Below, piece by piece: positions 54,997 to 58,599 of a stretch of 58,599 nt of DNA. The notes beneath the pieces were generated by a model. That model was not told the origin of the DNA. It was given only the letters and a program-made list of their open reading frames with translations, and did not search any database. The stretch comes from Vampirovibrionales bacterium (lineage in GTDB: Bacteria > Cyanobacteriota > Vampirovibrionia > Vampirovibrionales > JAGQHJ01), in contig JANWKX010000015.1 of NCBI GenBank assembly GCA_025451145.1, positions 1 to 58,599 on the forward strand, given 5' to 3'. Numbering within the stretch: the stretch's first letter is position 1; each line of letters starts with the position of its first letter. The position numbers and the translations under genes were made by a program.

Positions 54997-57483
54997 GTGG
55001 CTGTATCCAATAAAGTTCGAATTTATGAACTGACGAAGGAGCTTGGGCTTTCCAGTTGGAAGGAAATTGCCGATTTGCTGGAATCCAAGTATGGTATTGC
55101 AGTTAAAAGCCATTCAAGCACGATTGAGCAAGATCTTGCCGATAAAATCTCAGCAGAATTGAAAGGGACATCGGTCCCTGAAAAAAAAGCAGGAACTGCC
55201 TCCAAGAAAGAACCACCAGCGTCTGAAAAAACGCCAACGGCAAAGACTGCTGATTCACCTCTGAAAAAAACGGAATCTGATAAAAAACCTGCTAAAGAGA
55301 CTAAAGAGACAGAAAGCTTGAAAGCAAAATCAGCCCCTGCTTCAAAGCCCCAAAGCCCAGCTCCTGCCAGTAAGCCTGCCCCGGCGGTGGAAACGCAAGT
55401 AACACCCTTGAAAGCTTCTGTCAGTCTGAAAGAACCCCCCGGGAAAGCTCAGGAGTCTGTGGAAACTGTTGCAGAGGAAGAGGATAAAGAAGTTTTAGAA
55501 ATTTTAAATCCGCCGGTAGAAGAAGAGCCTTATGTGGCGATTTCACAAACCGTTGAACGGCATCAAAAGCAAGAGCCTGGCAAAACGGTTTTTAAAAAAG
55601 TCACAGAAACCGATAAACTAGAAAACAATATTGCCACGATCCCTCGAAAAGAGGATAGCCTTCAGCCCCAGGCCTCAACGCCTTCAACGGCTGTTCAAGA
55701 GCCGGCTAAGTCCGTTGAAGAATCACCTTATCTGAAAATTATGGCCCCATTGACCATTGCTGAACTGGCTCAAAAAATGAAAAAACGGGAGACCGAGCTC
55801 ATTCGCCATTTGTTTATGAAGGGCATTATGGTCACCGTCAATCAAACAATGCAGGTTGAGGATGCTGTTTCCCTGGCCAAAGAAATGGGCTTTGATGCCG
55901 AAGGTCCTGAAAAAGCAGGAAAGGAATTTACGGCAGCACCTGAGTTAAAGGTTCGCCAGGCCAAAGGTAAACATCTGAAAAACCGCGCACCTGTGGTGTC
56001 CATTATGGGACACGTTGATCACGGGAAAACATCCTTGTTAGATGCCATTCGGGAGACCCGCCATAAAATCGTGGATACGGAAGCCGGAGGGATTACCCAA
56101 AGCATTGGGGCGTATACAGTTTTCAGAGAAGATGGTAGTAAAGTTGTTTTCATTGATACGCCTGGTCACGAAGCCTTTACGGCGATGCGGATGCGAGGTG
56201 CTCAGGCAACGGATATCGCTATTCTGGTGGTTGCTGCCGATGATGGGGTCATGCCTCAAACCATTGAGGCCATCAACCATGCCAAGGCAGCCAATATCCC
56301 CATTATTGTTGCCATTAACAAGATTGATAAGGCCGATGCCGATCCGGATCGGGTGCTCATTCAATTGACAGAACATGGCCTGAACCCTGAGAAATGGGGC
56401 GGGGACACCATTACGGTTGAAGTCAGCGCGTTGCAGAAACTGGGTTTGGATGATCTGCTAGAGATGATTACACTGGTTTCTGAATTACAGGAATTGAAAG
56501 CCGATGCCACCATTCCGGCTGAAGGTGTGGTGATTGAAGCCCGGCTGGATAAAGGCAAGGGGCCTGTGGCAACCGTTTTGGTTCAAAGCGGTACCTTACA
56601 TATGGGTGAAAACATCCTGATTAATAACGTTGGCGGTCGTGTTCGCGCCTTAATCAACGATTCTGGAGAACGGGTCAAGTTGGCAGGCCCAAGTACACCT
56701 GTTGAAGTCTTGGGCCTCAGTGATGTTCCACAAGCAGGCGATGGCTTTATGGTGGTCCGGAACGATAAGGAATTCAAACGCCTTTTACAGCAAAGCCAGG
56801 TTCAGGATAGGGATCAACGGTTATTTAAAATGGCAGCTCCCGGCCTGCTCAGTGAAAAAGAAACAGGGCGTAAGGATTTTTATCTCATTATTAAAGGGGA
56901 CACCCGAGGTTCTGTCGAAGCGGTTTCTGCATCCTTGCTTCAACTGGCAACCGAAGAAGTCTCGGTTCATGTGCTTCATGCGGGTACCGGAGATATCTCT
57001 GAAGCGGATGTTCTTTTGGCTTCAGCCAGTAATGCCATTATTATTGCCTTTAATGTCAAAGAAGAACCCAATGCAGCTAAAGCCGCCCAAGACCGTGGGA
57101 TCCAAATCCGACCCTACGATGTGATCTATCATATTATTGAAGACATGGAAAAACTGATGCTGGGTCTGCTTTCGCCTGAGACCGAAGAACAGGAAATCGG
57201 CAGTGCGGAAGTTCGTCAGCTCTTCAGTTTTGGAAAAACCACCATTGCCGGATGCTATGTCCTTGATGGAAAAATTCTTCGAAACAGCCCCAGTCGTATC
57301 TTTAGAAATGGCAAAGAGCTCTTTAAAGGGCAGTTGAATAACTTGAAACGATTCAAAGAAGATGCCAAAGAGGTGGCCGCTGGCTATGAATGTGGTATCT
57401 CTTTTGATAAATTTAATGATCTTCAAGTGGGGGACTTGATTCGGGCCTACACCATGAAAGAAATCGAAAGAACGTCACTCTAA
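54997..57483 (+). CDS. infB: translation initiation factor IF-2
   Basis: 828 aa with a GTG start immediately after the ylxR stop. The N-terminus is Lys/Pro/Ala-rich. G domain 'GHVDHGKTSLLD', 'DTPGHEAF' and 'NKID', followed by C-terminal domains. Confidence 0.93.
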   Translation: MAVSNKVRIYELTKELGLSSWKEIADLLESKYGIAVKSHSSTIEQDLADKISAELKGTSVPEKKAGTASKKEPPASEKTPTAKTADSPLKKTESDKKPAKETKETESLKAKSAPASKPQSPAPASKPAPAVETQVTPLKASVSLKEPPGKAQESVETVAEEEDKEVLEILNPPVEEEPYVAISQTVERHQKQEPGKTVFKKVTETDKLENNIATIPRKEDSLQPQASTPSTAVQEPAKSVEESPYLKIMAPLTIAELAQKMKKRETELIRHLFMKGIMVTVNQTMQVEDAVSLAKEMGFDAEGPEKAGKEFTAAPELKVRQAKGKHLKNRAPVVSIMGHVDHGKTSLLDAIRETRHKIVDTEAGGITQSIGAYTVFREDGSKVVFIDTPGHEAFTAMRMRGAQATDIAILVVAADDGVMPQTIEAINHAKAANIPIIVAINKIDKADADPDRVLIQLTEHGLNPEKWGGDTITVEVSALQKLGLDDLLEMITLVSELQELKADATIPAEGVVIEARLDKGKGPVATVLVQSGTLHMGENILINNVGGRVRALINDSGERVKLAGPSTPVEVLGLSDVPQAGDGFMVVRNDKEFKRLLQQSQVQDRDQRLFKMAAPGLLSEKETGRKDFYLIIKGDTRGSVEAVSASLLQLATEEVSVHVLHAGTGDISEADVLLASASNAIIIAFNVKEEPNAAKAAQDRGIQIRPYDVIYHIIEDMEKLMLGLLSPETEEQEIGSAEVRQLFSFGKTTIAGCYVLDGKILRNSPSRIFRNGKELFKGQLNNLKRFKEDAKEVAAGYECGISFDKFNDLQVGDLIRAYTMKEIERTSL

Positions 57484-57542
57484 CTAAGCGAAATTGATTC
57501 CAAATATAACGGTACCCTTTAAACTGTGGGAGGATTTTCAGA

Positions 57543-57911
57543 ATGTCCAATCGATTTGAGTTTTCCAGAGTTGATAGGGTCCGAAAAGCCATGATGCGTG
57601 AGGTGAGCGACATTATCCGTCGTGAAGTCAAAGATCCCCGACTGGCCAACGAGGTGATTTCCATTACCGATGTGGATGTTTCCAAGGATCTTCGTCATGC
57701 CAAGATTTTTATCAGTGTCTTTGGGGCGCCTGAAGTCCAATCGGAGATCCTGGATATTATCCAGGAGTGGAAGCCTCAGATCCGCTCGGAGATCGGGAAG
57801 CGCATTCGGATGCATCACACGCCGGAAATTCAGTTTGCCTTGGATAATTCTCTGGAGCGAGGCAGTCGGATTACCCAGTTGTTGGATCAAATCAGCAAGG
57901 GTGAAGTGTAA
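57543..57911 (+). CDS. rbfA: 30S ribosome-binding factor RbfA
   Basis: 122 aa with 'RVRKAMMREVSDIIRREVKDPR', 'ITDVDVSKDLRHAKIFIS' and 'HTPEIQFALD', typical of RbfA. Confidence 0.92.
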   Translation: MSNRFEFSRVDRVRKAMMREVSDIIRREVKDPRLANEVISITDVDVSKDLRHAKIFISVFGAPEVQSEILDIIQEWKPQIRSEIGKRIRMHHTPEIQFALDNSLERGSRITQLLDQISKGEV

Positions 57912-58037
57912 CTCAGACGCTTCAATGGTTTGAACGAGACAGTTTTCTTTCTGGAGATTACGGTGGCTTGAGCATTCAAGTGGTATACTGATGGCAGAGT
58001 CCTAGAGATAGAAATATCTTGTCGGAGGAGGTTATCA

Positions 58038-58599
58038 ATGCAATCCAAATATTGTCAAGCCGGGCTTCTGATGGTGGCATGTATGCTTAGCCTGACGTTG
58101 CTACAGGCCTATGCAGACGATCCAACGACCTCTCCCCTTCCAGTCTTGTATCCGCCGTCGGAGATGGGTGCGACGACCCAACAGGTGCCTGCGGGGGCAT
58201 GGCTCAAAATTCAATTTCAGACGGCTCTGGATGCCCGAACCATCAATAAGGGGGATAGTTTTATTGCCTGTGCTTCCGAAGATTTATGGGTGGGTAAACA
58301 ACTGATTATTCCCAAAGGTTCTGTGGTTCGGGGGCAAGTGAATGAAATCCAGCGGCCTGGCTTCTTTAGTAAAGGGGGCCTGATTGGTCTAAGCTTTGAT
58401 CATGTGGTGATGCCTTCTGGCGAGTTAATGCCCTTGAGCTTAAAGCTGGATACGGCAACGACCCATTTTAATCCGAGTAAAAATGCTCTTTATACCGATC
58501 CAGGGGTGGGTTCAAAGCTCAATACCAGTGTAGATAAAGGGATTGCAGAGTATAAGCATTTTCATGACAGAGGCGTTGAGGCAGGCCAGGCCCGTGGGG
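58038..58599 (+). CDS. secreted hypothetical protein, 3' end outside the window
   Basis: The ATG at 58038 is preceded by GGAGGAGG. The signal peptide is 'MQSKYCQAGLLMVACMLSLTLLQAYA/DD'. The frame is open to the window end. It is absent from the ORF track because no stop is reached. The motif 'GDSFIA...IIPKGSVVRGQV' vaguely recalls TrbI/VirB10-type beta-barrel segments. Confidence 0.55.
   Translation, partial: MQSKYCQAGLLMVACMLSLTLLQAYADDPTTSPLPVLYPPSEMGATTQQVPAGAWLKIQFQTALDARTINKGDSFIACASEDLWVGKQLIIPKGSVVRGQVNEIQRPGFFSKGGLIGLSFDHVVMPSGELMPLSLKLDTATTHFNPSKNALYTDPGVGSKLNTSVDKGIAEYKHFHDRGVEAGQARG

Overview
This is a gene-dense chromosomal segment from an unidentified bacterium. Synteny such as der-plsY-gpsA, split sdaAB/sdaAA, rimP-nusA-ylxR-infB-rbfA and a BtpA-family gene is compatible with Firmicutes- or Cyanobacteria/Melainabacteria-like lineages, but I cannot assign it. 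Almost every long ORF is a recognisable housekeeping gene. In order they are: the rseP 3' part, SDR and AKR oxidoreductases, der-plsY-gpsA, a btpA-like gene, ssb, a DUF1537 kinase plus a PdxA-family dehydrogenase, smpB, a GNAT, a thioredoxin-like 2Fe-2S ferredoxin, queF, class II (B12) ribonucleotide reductase, era, queA, split L-serine dehydratase, a KTSC protein, an orphan pseudopilin, oppBC-like permeases, gcvT-H-PA-PB, tlyA, MFS and NupC-type transporters, a pseudouridine synthase, a SIS-domain protein, a fetAB-like ABC exporter, tRNA-Thr(CGU), gltX and rimP-nusA-ylxR-infB-rbfA. The one obvious accessory machine is a 9.4-kb Flp/Tad pilus operon on the minus strand (flp-tadE-cpaB-cpaC-cpaE-cpaF-tadB-tadC, 35259-44690). 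I saw no rRNA, CRISPR array, transposase, integrase, prophage or recognisable defence gene, and I could not identify a convincing new multi-gene system. The best leads are single loci. (1) A Zn-ribbon protein carries a eukaryote-like Q/G/P/Y plus RGG low-complexity region and a duplicated helical module. (2) The Tad secretin has a roughly 285-aa Lys/Pro-rich tandem-repeat C-terminal extension, and the locus has no prepilin peptidase. (3) A strong promoter is followed about 20 nt later by an intrinsic terminator in the rimP-nusA leader. (4) An unassigned leader of about 260-300 nt lies upstream of nrdJ. (5) A tRNA-adjacent pair encodes a cytoplasmic trypsin-like protease and a helical/coiled-coil protein. 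(6) A 40-codon membrane-peptide ORF has its own SD and terminator. All function calls rest on motif recognition by eye, and no searches were run.
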